A DNA stretch of 63,108 nucleotides, counting the filler, from Bigelowiella natans CCMP2755 (Eukaryota; Protista; Cercozoa): the NCBI GenBank assembly GCA_000320545.1. It is 7 parts of 7 records of this genome, joined end to end, with 100 filler letters (N's around TTAATTAATTAA, not from the genome) between each part and the next. Parts side by side here need not be neighbours in the genome. Positions count along the whole stretch, not along the records: positions 39,315 to 46,681 come from ADNK01000854.1; positions 46,782 to 59,819 come from ADNK01003317.1; 5 more parts are not named here. The stretch is one strand, 5' to 3'. The position numbers and the translations under genes were made by a program. Under the pieces are notes generated by a model. That model was not told the DNA's origin. It saw nothing but the letters and a program-made list of their open reading frames with translations, and did no database searches. Shown piece by piece: positions 41,325 to 54,100 of the stretch (positions within the stretch are counted from its first letter, which is position 1; every line of letters starts with the position of its first letter).

Positions 41325-43493
41325 GGAAAAGAAGGATCACAAGCTCTCATCATACCGGTTTCCTCCTCCAAGAAAGTTCGAGTAAAAATGCGAATTTATG
41401 CACGCATTTCTCTCATTAATCGTCGAAAACGTGACGTACGCAACCTAACACGACAATAGTGATATGGATGACGTCGGCAAAGTGTTGGCGTTCCTAAAGG
41501 CAAGTGGCTACACTTTCCGCATAATGACTCGATTGAGTACAATCGTTCGCATAAAGCTCTTCGTAGTACCACAGGACGCTTCGATGCCTCGTCGGCCCGG
41601 ATTTCCGCGATCTCCTTCTCCACTTGCGCTAGTTCATCTTTTTGCAGCTTTACGAGCTTCATCAATTCGTCACCTGCTCAGCACAGCGCAGAGAAGAAAG
41701 AGATGAGATGGATATACTTGGAGGGGAGAAAGCGGAATGGCAAGTTAAAAATAAAGCTTAGGAGACCTAATTGCCCTAATTTCCCTATTTTCCGACTTTT
41801 GAGCTCTCTTCTCTTTACGTGCAGCGCAACCTGTAAAGGCATTATATATAAGAACGAGGGAGAATCGACCGCCGGCATGATGTGCTTAGAGAGATAGGAG
41901 GGGTGGGGCGCGCGCGGGGGGGGGAACAGACCAATCGTGATCTATTGTATAGGATGGCAACATCGACGACTAGGCCTGTAGCATGGGCATGCAAAGAGAC
42001 AAGAGGTGAGAGAATGAATAAAATTAGTTGGATGAAAGGAAGAGGAGGAGAGAGCCTGATACTAGCTTAGCATACGAGATGTATGAATCATTCAAAAACC
42101 AGATGGTTTCTTTGTTCTTTGTCCTTGAATGTGCACAGATATAGTATAGTTGAAGATGTGGGTGATCGGCGTGTAAGAGCGATTACCAAATTCAGAGAAA
42201 TAGTCAATAAAATCCTCCGGCTCCAGCACGATCTCGGGGATATTTGTTACCTGTGTGGGTTGTCACCAGATTTTAGAATGTCGCATGCACAACAACAACA
42301 ACAACTACTACTACTACTACTATTACTGCAAACACTTTGTGCTGCTCAGTCATATGGCTAGTACCACTAATAGATTCATCAGGTCAAGGATGCTAGCATA
42401 TGATCTTTCAAAAGGGCAGAAAAGAGCTCACTGACTTTTACTGAGAAGTCCCTCGTCGTGGTCGCATGACCCTTTTTCTCTGCAACATATAGGCAAAACA
42501 TGCACGCGTGTGTATTTGTCTATTTTCCGATTAATTTGGAGGAGAAGCGTGTAGAGAAAGGAGGATACACAGGTTCATATCAATGAGGATATCAACGAGG
42601 GGAGACGGAAGCAACATTAGGGTATTTGAGCCAACTCTGTACTAGTTTTGCTCTGAATTGCCAGCGTTCTTATCAATATGATGTAAACAATCACACAGTA
42701 GCACCTTCTAAGTTCTTGTTTTGGTCCCACGAAAAAGCGTGAATCATATAGAATAGGTAACCAGATCTGAGCGAATACAGCAAAGTTTAACATATCGATT
42801 TCCCTAATCAATATCAACATCATCATCATCATCATCATCATCTCGTTGTTCTTCGTTTCCATCCTAAATGGCATGTGCGTACATGACGAAATCCATAAAG
42901 CTGCAATATAGTCCTATATCCGATCTGCTAACCCCTTTTAGTAAGAGAAGAGTGTGTCGTAAGAAGAGAACATATACAGCAAGTAAGAGGGGAAGGGTGG
43001 AGGGACAACGCAAATGTAAAGGCTGAGGAGCAATAGTGAGTATAACACACAAATACAACAGCTGCTGCAGTTTCTTATTGAAGATGTATGCAAATAATAC
43101 ATCGATATCATCATACCCTGAACATCTTGCGACTTGCCAGGATCTAAATTTGCTGAAAAATAATAGTATTAGGGAGGTTCACGTCGGCAAAAGCTGAAAC
43201 GACGCAAGCGTGCATATGGTCATGCTAATATTTGTCTCGTCGCGTCCTTCCTTCTTCTCATATTTCTTTCTCCGGACGTCTCATCTTACCTAACGTTCCA
43301 AGATTTCCCAGAGACAGCATGTCCAGTGCGGTAAAGAATGACTTTTGATACCTGTACATGCCAATCACGGCCATGATCAATTTCAGAGCGACGGTGGGAA
43401 TGGTGGTGGTTGTGAAGCTATTTCTATATTTTTTAATGACGCAGCTGCAGCAGTTTTTGGGATGATGTTGACGATGGGGTGGTGAGTCTGATA

Positions 43494-43526
<33 letters not shown>

Positions 43527-44809
43527 GCTGTGGCTATGTTGTGGTAGAGGAAGCAGCGTGCAATATACACGGCGCGCATGGACACGCCAGATAGAAAGGG
43601 AACATTAGTGGACGTGATTCTGTTTGTATCCCCTCCTTGGTTTAGCAGATGAAAAATAAGAAGCAATCTTCCCATTCCAAACCCAACCCCAGATCCCACT
43701 TACGCGTCCCCTAGAGAATACAAGACCATATCCGGCAGCTTCAGCACCTGACCGACATTAATAGAGAGCGAAGAAGAGGAAAATCAGCAGGTGTATGTAT
43801 CACTGACCGAAAACATCTTCTATTTTTCGGTATCGACCGACCCCCATGATCAGGAAAACAACCCCGAAGTAGGTTTGGGAGTGCATGAAGCTTAAAATCC
43901 CTTTGGAAAAAGACCATAACAAACCAAAGGCATCGATGAGTATGTGCACTCACTCAACACATTGAACATTGAACGCGGTCGATGACTAAAATACATGCGC
44001 AGAAATATGCACTGTATAATATGAGCGAAAAAGAGAAAGAGCGAGAAATTATGCAGGTGATATTTGTGAATGTGTGCATGCGGTGTGCGAATGTAGAGTA
44101 ATCCTATGACCTCCATTGATTTGCGGTAAGTTGCTCAGTTTTGTACTCCAGATTTCATATGGTGTTATTTTACCATCCTCATCCCTAAGATAGTCGCATC
44201 GTGTGTATAAGTAATTGAAATGACGGCTCCTAAGAAAGCTGGTGGCGACATTTCTCCCCATACCAACTGCATCATCATCGCAGTAGTTGTGTGCCTATGG
44301 TTCAACATTACTTTCTGTTGAAGAGCATCGCCTGTCTGAATCTCTCCGCTTTTTCCACTTGCGCAGGGCCACCATCGTCTTCAACAGCCAAAGTATGAAC
44401 GGTCGACAACCGATGCCTTACATTGCTTATCTGCAGTCCGGGGATGGAGTTTGAAGAGGTTAGGACAGGGCCCATGGGATCGAAGAATCTGTGCTTGTCT
44501 ATCTCTAAAAGCTCACTCATTGATGCCATCAAAATACCTTATTTCTCGTAGAGGTGCTTTGCCTTCTCAAATGCGTATTCACGTACCTAGAGACAAGAGC
44601 GATCAAGGAAATGCAACGAATAGCGAATGTCTATCTGTCTATGTGTGCATGTGTTTTGCGTTTTGTCGGGCGACGAGAAAGAGAGAGACTGAGAGCTGAT
44701 GGTTTAGAAGGGAGGAGTTTGATCATATGATTTGGGAAGAACATGTCTTTATTTCTAGTTTCACATTTTAAATATTTCCACACTTAATTGCCCATCTTTG
44801 TTGCACTAC

Positions 44810-44846
<37 letters not shown>

Positions 44847-45466
44847 TTCCCCCGTCTCCTTCTTATGTTCTATTGCTGACTTTTTAAAATCCGCTTTCCG
44901 GCTCCGATATTCTTGCTGCACAAGTGGACCGCTTCTCACGTGATCAGATATAAAAGCTCTTTTTTCATCTCTATGCATATGTACAGTTTGGATCCTCTTC
45001 TTGTCCAAGGACGTTGGCTGAGATGGCTCATTGATGCATTGTATCTGAAAGCCCGACTTTTGGTTATTGGCCTGCTGCTCCTTCAACAAGAAGCGTGAGC
45101 TGGAGCTAGCATCCTGGCGTGTGTTCGTAAGGCTGCCGCCATCATTCAGCCAAAAGCGCTGTGATAATTGTAGGGAGGAGGCGGGAGTGGAATCGGGGAC
45201 GCCTGCAATACGCGGGAAAATAAATTCAGTCCCGATAATCCCCAGCAATAAAGTACACCTTCCTCCCTCCTCCTCCCTACTATCTTGCAAAAGAAGAGAA
45301 CAGTACCTTTACGGGGAGTACATTGTAGTTCATCAGGTTGGGACAAGTTGGCTACGGGTTGTTGAGGAGAAATTGATGGCACAGAGCCGGGAAGATTATT
45401 AGAGTTTATTCCATCGCCTTTCTGCTCGATCGCCCGGATTCCCACTAGAGATGCCGTCCTCTTCAT
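39315..45466 (-). CDS. OSCA/TMEM63/CSC1-like channel, 3' partial, multi-exon
   Basis: Exons LDMLSLGNLG, TTRDFSVK-VTNIPE..FIDYFSEF, VVDVAI, VAYVTF, LRVEAAPHPSDINFE-GL, TM VVIIIIGSFVSVVYLK and Cys-rich loop IDCYC in the expected order. Confidence 0.82.
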
Positions 45467-46170
45467 GCTGGAGCGAGCTCAATTAAAACCAGGCCGCTCC
45501 TGGTCACTTCTTCAATTATTGGGATGTATCACATTCAGTCAGGTAACACTAAAATATGCACGTTCGCGTGGTGGCTCAACCCCAACCCTAAATCAGCCCG
45601 AATCATGCGCCACCAAGCAGCGAACGATAGTATTAAATTGAGCCGCTCACCTCTCGCTGTCCCGATCGCTCCCAGTCTCTGGGGGGCCAAGCTGCAGCTC
45701 GCAGCTATCAACTAGGCCTAGACCTCATCAACTGTAACGAACCGAAAGAAACAAGCGAACCCTCGAGAACTCTGGGAACTGTTACGTAGATCTAGATCTA
45801 GATCTATGCTTCAGTGCGAGCTGCTGTGTCGAGTTGACAGTAGAGAAACGTCCGTTGGTGGGAGAGGCTGCACCCGGAAGAGGATGGCTGGCCGTCTTTT
45901 CGTGCGACAAATAACCCAAACCCAAACTGAACAAAAGTAACTGGAAATAATGTGTCGTTCCGCAATTGGTAACCGCTCGGCGCACAGGTCTTCCGGGTGT
46001 CTTTTGGGCGATTATCCAAGCGCGTTTGTGCCGGGTTTTTGACGGGTTCAGAAGCATCTGCGAGCCTAGTCGCGAGCCAGAGCCCAACGGCGATCTTGCG
46101 CTTTTGGATTCCGTTCGAATTCGAAGGCTATTTCTGGGATGTCTCGCCGATATTTCCTTGTCGTAGGATT

Positions 46171-46605
46171 ATGAATCCAAACTTGCTAGTAGAGCACTCC
46201 CCACACCGGCGCAGACACAGATACCTGCTTCTTCTGTCTTGCGTTTCGAGCTGCTCCTCGCTTGCCGGTACAGCATTTTCTCCCCCCTCTCGGTTCGCAG
46301 AGGCTATACAAATTTCACTTCAAAATTTCATTTCCTTCACCTTCATGGGTAGGTACGGCAATGGCTTCCTGCCCCTCTGCAAGCGCAATGACGTCCATTG
46401 GAGCGGCAGCGAAGAGACGTCTCGCTGAACTCGTCACTATCCACAAATGGATGCCGAGGTGATGAGGGTGGATAATGATGACAGATGCATTTTCGCATTG
46501 ACGGTTCGTCATTGTGGTGTTCCGTTTGTTCTGAGATTTATGACTGCAGATACTCTTGGAAAGACCAGCTTCTCTCTGACACAATTGCTGGAATGACCGT
46601 GGGGG
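46171..46605 (+). CDS. SLC26/SulP anion transporter, 5' end only
   Basis: Exons join to ...LVTIHKWMPR-YSWKDQLLSDTIAGMTVG, the SLC26 W.P.Y...L..D..AG.TVG motif. Confidence 0.85.
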
Positions 46606-46613
46606 GTGACTTT

Positions 46614-46668
<55 letters not shown>

Positions 46669-46681
46669 GTCTCGTCTCGTC

Positions 46682-46781
46682 NNNNNNNNNNNNNNNNNNN
46701 NNNNNNNNNNNNNNNNNNNNNNNNNTTAATTAATTAANNNNNNNNNNNNNNNNNNNNNNNNNNNNNNNNNNNNNNNNNNNN
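46682..46781. other. Artificial assembly linker
   Basis: 44 N + TTAATTAATTAA + 44 N. Confidence 0.98.
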
Positions 46782-46955
46782 CATTGTACTCAAATATTAA
46801 ACCTAATACTGTTTACTTAAACGTATTTTACACACGCTATAGTTCATATCAATATAATATAACAGTATTGCTTCGTTGTTTGGCGTCCTTCATGTCTCAC
46901 TCCTCCCCTCCCCCCTCCCCATCGCTCTGTTTCCTATTCCTACTCGTGGACGCAG

Positions 46956-47053
46956 AAAATCGATGTGGATGGCGGTGGAGATATTGATGCTGATGAGCTC
47001 AAAGCGGTGTGTTGTTGCAGCTGAAATGCAGCATTCGCGCGCACACACACACA

Positions 47054-47090
<37 letters not shown>

Positions 47091-47496
47091 AACGTGAGTG
47101 CATGCATTATTCCGAATATATCTGTTGATGTGGGTACGTTTTAGAAGATGAATGTGTGAGCTTGTTTGCAATACGAGGCCTCCGTAAAATAAGATGAAAA
47201 GCTTTCACAATAGACATGCCATATACTTCCTTGGTTTTCGTTTCTTCGTTAAAATCACCATCATCACCACCATCACCATCACCATCATCATCATCATCAT
47301 CATGTTCCACTATCACCCCGCACTCATCACTCACGCTTCCCCTTCCCCCCCCCCCCCCCCCCTCCAGACGCTGCACAAGTTCGATCAGAAGATCACTGCG
47401 AACGACATCACGACCATAATCAAAGAGGTTGGGCGTGGTAAAACTGTCATCAACAGGGAAGATTTCCACGAATTCGTAGAGAAGTATCTTGGATGA
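46956..47496 (+). CDS. C-terminal EF-hand pair (calmodulin-like), 5' partial
   Basis: KIDVDGGGDIDADELKA (canonical EF loop) spliced to TLHKFDQKITANDITTIIKEVGRGKTVINREDFHEFVEKYLG*. Confidence 0.85.
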
Positions 47497-47949
47497 TGAG
47501 CTCTTTCATATCTCCAAAAGCATATAGCCAGGCGGAACTTAATCGCACGTCGCCCCATCTCGTTGGACCCCTCTCCCCCTCTCTGTCTCTCTCTAGCTAT
47601 TGTAATGTCGGGTTGTGCATTTCCGTCCTCATGGAAAATTTTCCTGGGAATTTTGCTCATATTCGTACAATTTTGTTTTGTTTTGCAAATGAATATATAT
47701 TCTGGTATCAAATTCCGAGGTTTAGCAATGATTCCTGCCGTTTTTACCATGTCGTGGAACGATAATAACCCGTTTGAGTTTTCTACGTGTAGAGAGCGTA
47801 TTACACAAAATGCATATAGTTCTCGTAGTTTCTGAAACGACGATATTATATATATATATATATATATTTATATGTATATGTATATGTATATATACATATA
47901 TCTAAATTATGCACACACCATGTCATTTGTTATTATTACAATTTAAATT

Positions 47950-49000
47950 CATAGTGAGCCATCATTGAGACATGTCTAGCATGTGCGCGAGCATTGTTCA
48001 CATAATCTGGTTGCATGTGCCGCGACAATGATGATAATAAATTAAACTTCACTACCTAGATTGCGTGCAGCAGCCGAATTTGCACGTAAACGTGTGTTCG
48101 AAATTGTGACTACTGAAGATTGTTATCATCTGTGCAGCAAACCAATGTGTGAACGTGAGTCTAATCTAAACACGATGATCGCACAATTCTGCATTTGCAG
48201 CACATCTAGACATGCGACATGTCTAGATGTGTGCACACGTCCATGCGCATTGGCGCAGGCTACTTCAGCGTTGATATCATAACGCCTATCATGCCTTCAT
48301 GTTTGCAAAGCAGTCTAGCTAGCTAGCTAGTATTATTAGTAATGCATGTTGTCTTGGCATGCATTTGGCATCATCAAGCTAGCAAGCTCTAGAGCAGCAA
48401 CGTTTTCAACTAGACAACATCGATTGTCGTCGCACCTAGACGCATGGATACTCTAGTACTTGCATGGAACATGCACACTGTCTAGACTGCGTGCGTAGCA
48501 CGATGCAGGCTAGCAGCAAGTGACACGACGCTAGGACGGCACACTTTCAAATGTCTAATCATGTGCCATCTAGCTACTACGTTGTGTGTTTGCTGTCTAG
48601 CTAGTTTGGTACTCACTAGCTCAGATGTACGTCTGCATGTACTCACACACGCACTAACAAATTTGTAAGCTAGTACGTCAAGCAAGTGCTCTCACATGCT
48701 AGCATGCATGCAGCATGTTTACATTCTGTTGTGTGCATCTCCAGCTAGCTAGCATGTAAATGCACCCGCAACTAGGCTACTAGGCAACCTATTACAGTAG
48801 TTTGTTATTGCAACGTGCATCAGCACAAAAATGCTATTGAGATATCTAGCTAGCTAGATCTAGAGATCTAGAGGTGCAAGTATTTCTGCATACCTAGATA
48901 CGTCTAGACGTGTATGCGCGCCATAAATGCCTACATTATGTAATACAATATCTAATGTCGTGCGCTTGTGTGCATCGTATCGTACCGATGCGCTAAACAT
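47950..49000. other. Strongest CTAG/GCTAGC/GCATGC-rich island
   Basis: Runs such as GTCTAGCTAGCTAGCTAG, CTAGCTAGCTAGATCTAGAGATCTAGA, GCTAGCATGCATGC. Confidence 0.75.
48201..48231. repeat. Perfect 14-bp inverted repeat with 3-nt spacer
   Basis: CACATCTAGACATG-CGA-CATGTCTAGATGTG. Confidence 0.9.
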
Positions 49001-51168
49001 TAGCATTAAAAACAAGAAGGCCAGGAAAATTGATGAGCACGACATAATCTCGTTATGCTAACGCCGCACAAAGTTTCCATTGTCAATGCAGAAACGAAGG
49101 TAAGCGCACATTCTGCTATAATTATATGTGTACATGTAATATATATAGCAGAAGTCGACAGACATCGTCGAAACTACATAAGAGTTAAGACTTATGTCTT
49201 GCACAAAAATACCTATTACAAAAATCGACGTATGTAAGTAGAGCAGCCTTGTTTCAACCACTACTATCTGCATGTACAACACCAAGAGCAATCGTCGCAG
49301 AAGCAAATTCCTTCAGTCGGGGGAGGGGGGCAGTGTGTTAATAAGTCTTGGATCGTTTGGTGGTGGATATTTAATGATAAGATGATATAATCATGGTACG
49401 TGGTGTGGTGATGGCAGGATGTTGTTTTCATATTAGAAAGAAGAACCTGTGGTTATCATAAAGTCTCTCAATCCTCTTCGCGGACTCGAGGGTGGCATTG
49501 GCGTATTAGCCTACTGCTGAGCGATTCAACGCGTTCTGCGAATTATCGCTTGAATATGTTCAAAGCAAGCTTTACCACCGAGCACACATTGCGTTTTTCT
49601 AATAATAGCTATCGTCACTGTTAGAAAATTAACAACCGAAACCGTGCATCTATGTGTACAGAAAAGCAAAATACTTCCGTTCTACGAAGAAAATAATGAA
49701 GGAAACGGAAACGTGATGGATGAAGCTCAGCTTTCATAAAGATAGTTCAACGCACATGGCTAGCCAATGGGCCTTTCTGTTCAGAATAAATTGTCAAGTA
49801 GCGCCAGCTTTACTGCCGTCAGACAACACGGATTGAGTCATTTTCTTTTAAATATGAAATCCATCAAAAATAGGAGAATACTGTGAGGCAGTGTTGCTTT
49901 GTTGTTATGGCACAGAGGAGGAGAGGATGTGCTCATGTTCAAATCATTGTCGTACCACCATCCACGTCCTAGCTGTCAGGGTTTAAGCAGTGCACATAAA
50001 CGCCAACCCCCCCCCATCGGATTGCTGGTGGCCACATCCGTTCTGTTTCGAGGTTGAGCAGGAGTGACCTCCATGTGAAAACAAGGCCGATGGACCATTG
50101 CAGGAACCGAGTACGCTGTGTTGCTAAGTACTACCTCAGTATTCCACTGCTTTTTTGTCCCATCTGATTCTTTGCTACGACAATCTTTTTTCCATTGTCG
50201 CAAGTCGTGAAAACCATTTCTTTTCGTAACTTCGTTGCGACTTTTTAGTGGGGGAAAAAGGACGTTCTCGCCGAGAAAAATGCTCTTTTCTCCCTCAAAA
50301 AGGAGACTCCACCATCCAAGAGAATTGGTCCTTTTTGTGCTCCTTCCAGCTGGGTACACGGCTTTCTGTGGTATGAACAGTGTGAACATTCTCCGCTGGG
50401 AGGAAATCTTGGTAAATTCGCCAGAAAATAATTGCGAGAACGTTCATGCGTGGCTTGCTCTTGGATGTATGTCGCCACAACTGAATGCACAGGATTCTGT
50501 TGGATGTGCTTGTACAGTCGCGATGCCAACGGACAGATCTAGGTCTAGTCCTTGTCTCTGACTAAAATCGGCCTTTGTTTCTTGGTCTAAATCAAATTGT
50601 CAGGAGGACAAATCCAACTTGGAAATATCAAGGAGAGAATCATGCAAGGAGGGTACCCATTGGAAGGAACATGAAGCACGTCGCATGAAGGGCCCCATTC
50701 GGATAAATCAGGGTTGTGAGTAGGAAGATTCAAGGTCTGTTCCTGTCTTAGTGCTATCATCTACATCGTGCGAAATACGAAGGAGATTCGTTAGGGTGAC
50801 AATGACCTTTGACTAAACACATTATTCCGCATTAAAATTTTCCTCGAATGAAGTTACTCTTCGAATGATTGTTTGTGAGTAGAAAGCTTCAAGGACTATT
50901 CCTCTCTAGAGCTGTCATCTGCCTCTACACAAATTGTACATTTATTGCCAAGAACTTCCAAATTAGATCTCAAATAATATTTCTCAACATCCAGGCGACC
51001 ATCGTCCCAAATCCACACCTGCCTCGTTTTTCAAGATTAATTTTTTGTTACAATGTGCATATCACACACATATGCATACATGAGCATCTTTACTATTAAT
51101 GCTTTTAAGCACAAATATCATCACCGTAGGCGAGAACAGGAGGATGATGGGCAAAGATAAGATACAGA

Positions 51169-54100
51169 ATGCAGCAACAAACTCAATACATCCCTTACAG
51201 CAGTGATGATGCCGTGGACTACGAGAAGGATCAGATGATTTTCCCTTCAAGTAGCAGGCTTTTGGGTGGGAGTCCCGACGATGATGAGAGTGATGGAGAA
51301 GACATGAAGGTGCCTTCAGATGGAGCTGTGAATATCGATGCGACCACGAAAACCACAAATGTATCAATCTCAAAGGCAGATACGAAGCATGGCAGCACAT
51401 CTCAGCCACTTATGGTAGCTAAGGGGAGTTATAGCAAAGACGAAAAGGCATCGTCAGATAGAACTACACATCTTAATGTGGGCCTTAAACTTCAAAGAAC
51501 ATCAGAATCAAAGGCAGATACAAAGCATGGTAGCACACCTCAGTCACCTCAACTAGCTAAAGACAGCACTGCCGTCCAAAATTTACCAAATATCCGTAAA
51601 ACATCGCATCATAATGAGAAGATAAATAGCAAAGACGAGAAGAAATGCCCATGCGATCCTCTATGGCGTGCAAGACTTCTCACTGCTACAAAACAATCGC
51701 TGCAAGAAATAACCCCAGTCGATAGGAAGACACCTCTAATAGAAGATAAAGAGAGAATACCATCAACCACAGCCTTGGTCACGGCACTAAATGACCCCAA
51801 TCGAACAGATAGACCGGCCCTGTGGCTCATGTTCAAAAAATATAACGTGCATTTCGCTAAACTACATTTTTCTGAATGCGAAGAGGAGCACATTAACCAA
51901 TATTGTGAGCTGGCCCGAGTGCAGCCCATAGACGAGAAGACGAGAAAACTTCTTAAAACTTACGTGGAAATTTGGAGAGAGAAACTCGAAGTCAACTTTG
52001 ATATGGAGATGTACTCTCAAGGAATCAAGATCATGCTACAGAATTTACATCCAGAATCCTTCAACGGCAATCCACTCCTTCTTTTGAAGCTTGGTAGTAG
52101 TTTGATCGAAGATTTACCTGATGACAAGCTTTGGTACACAGAGGGTACCTATGATTCACATAAAGATATGCTTTATTCTTTGCACTATACTCTCCTTAAA
52201 ATCAGGAGGGTGTGCGAGGATGAAAAGACCAAAGAAAAGTCTGAGGATGACAAGTGGCAGCCCGACGGACATGACAGTCTCTATAAGCGTTTCAAAGCAA
52301 AATTAGCCATCATTGAGAAATCTAAATACTACCCCTTCCGCTACCTTGCCCGTCTCACCCAACAAAGTTTAGCATTTTTCAGAGCAAAACCTGAGACGAG
52401 AAGCCGCCTCTGGAGCTTTTTCTATGGTGTAAAAGGAGGCTTCCAACTCGCAAAATTCTTCTTGATCATTGTGCTAGGTATTCCTACGTTTGGGGCTTCA
52501 TTTCTATTCGATTCGAACGACTTAGAGAATGGATTGAAGAACCTTGCAGTTCTCAAAACAGGGGACCCAAGCATCAAAGATGAAAGCGTCGAGGATGCAT
52601 TGAGTACGATACGGCAGCTCAAACTGAGCGACTGGTATAAGACCGTTCTGGAGCTGCAAATCTGTGCTTCGAAGTGTTGTCATAACGACGCATCTGATGA
52701 TGATTTCAAGTTATTTCGAACAAAGTTCGAAAATAGTTTTATGACTTTTTCTGGCAACAAAAGCGAACGCAAATGCCTACATTTCAGCCTTGCGAGACTA
52801 TTGAATGTGATAGGTGTGATTGGCCATCCTGTGGTGAGCAACTACTGTGTTAAATTTTGTCACGACGTACTTAAAGACAACAATAGAAACAATCCATGGA
52901 AGCAGGAGGCGGTAGTTTTCGAGGAACTACTTAATTGCCTCGACACCATAGCTTCTCAAAATCGAAACCAAGACACACGAAAGCGTGCTAGTAATGTTTT
53001 GCAATGGCTTTGTTCTTCTCTCCCTGCTAATGAATCTAAGGCGAGAAGAATTTTACCTTGGAAGTCGGAACCCTCCTGGATCACTTCTGCCCGTAACCAT
53101 TTTGCAAGAGACATCAGAAATAAGAAAAAGAACCAAATCACACAACATGCAACATCTTCAAAGATTCGATACAATGAAAGGATTCACTCCATAGTCACAG
53201 AAATGATAAAAGAAAAAACCAAAGAAAGGTGGATGGAAGCTGCCATCCATTGCCAAGCGATAAAGAAATCTCAAAAGCTTAAAAAACAGTTAAAGGAACT
53301 CAAAAAGAAGCAGGAGGAACTTTATGGTAGCGATGAATACGTAGAAATGAAGCCATTCCTACATGGCGATAAGCCATGGTCCATTGCCACATCTTTCATC
53401 CAGCTCGCTATCATCAAGAAGGAAGTCAAAAGAGGAGGAGAACAAGAAGCGAATACTGCCAACAAGAACCAAACGCGCGACGAGCTTTTAGAGAGTTATG
53501 AGAGCATATATGCTGAGAAGCAGAATATATCTTTCTACGATCTTCCTGGAATTTTCCAGAAAACCCGAAAGGTGGTGCTTCTTGGAAGAGCTGGCATCGG
53601 CAAGACTACCGTTTGCAAGAAGTTAGCGCACCTATGGGCTAAGGGGGAATGGGGTCGCCATTTTGAGGCTGTGTACGTCCTCTCCATAAGAGTCTTGAAC
53701 ACATACATAGGAGAAGCAGACCTGGAGCATGCCATTGCGAGGTTTTGCTTCAAAGACGGAAAGACTCTGGACGAAGAAAGAGTGAGGAAGAGAGATAAGC
53801 TAATAGAGCATCAGCTGAAAGAAAGAGGTGACAAGGTTCTACTGATCTTGGATGGGTTGGATGAAGCCAATGATTCAACCAAAAAACTTCTAAACCAAGC
53901 TAGCAACGAAGAGAAATATGGCAAATCCTCTCAGCTCTGGGTATCACGGCCTTATGGAGTTGAAGCAAATCACAAGAAAGGGGCGACAGTCATAAAGAAT
54001 GTCGGTTTTAGTAGTGGGCAGGTAGAAAGGTATGTTCGAACATATTTTGAACTGGAAGAGGGTAAAGAAGTCAGTGTTAGAGATGACTCCAAAAATGCAT

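Noticed and set aside
46171-47496. SLC26 fused to EF-hands
   Set aside because: The two parts are on different contigs separated by an artificial linker.
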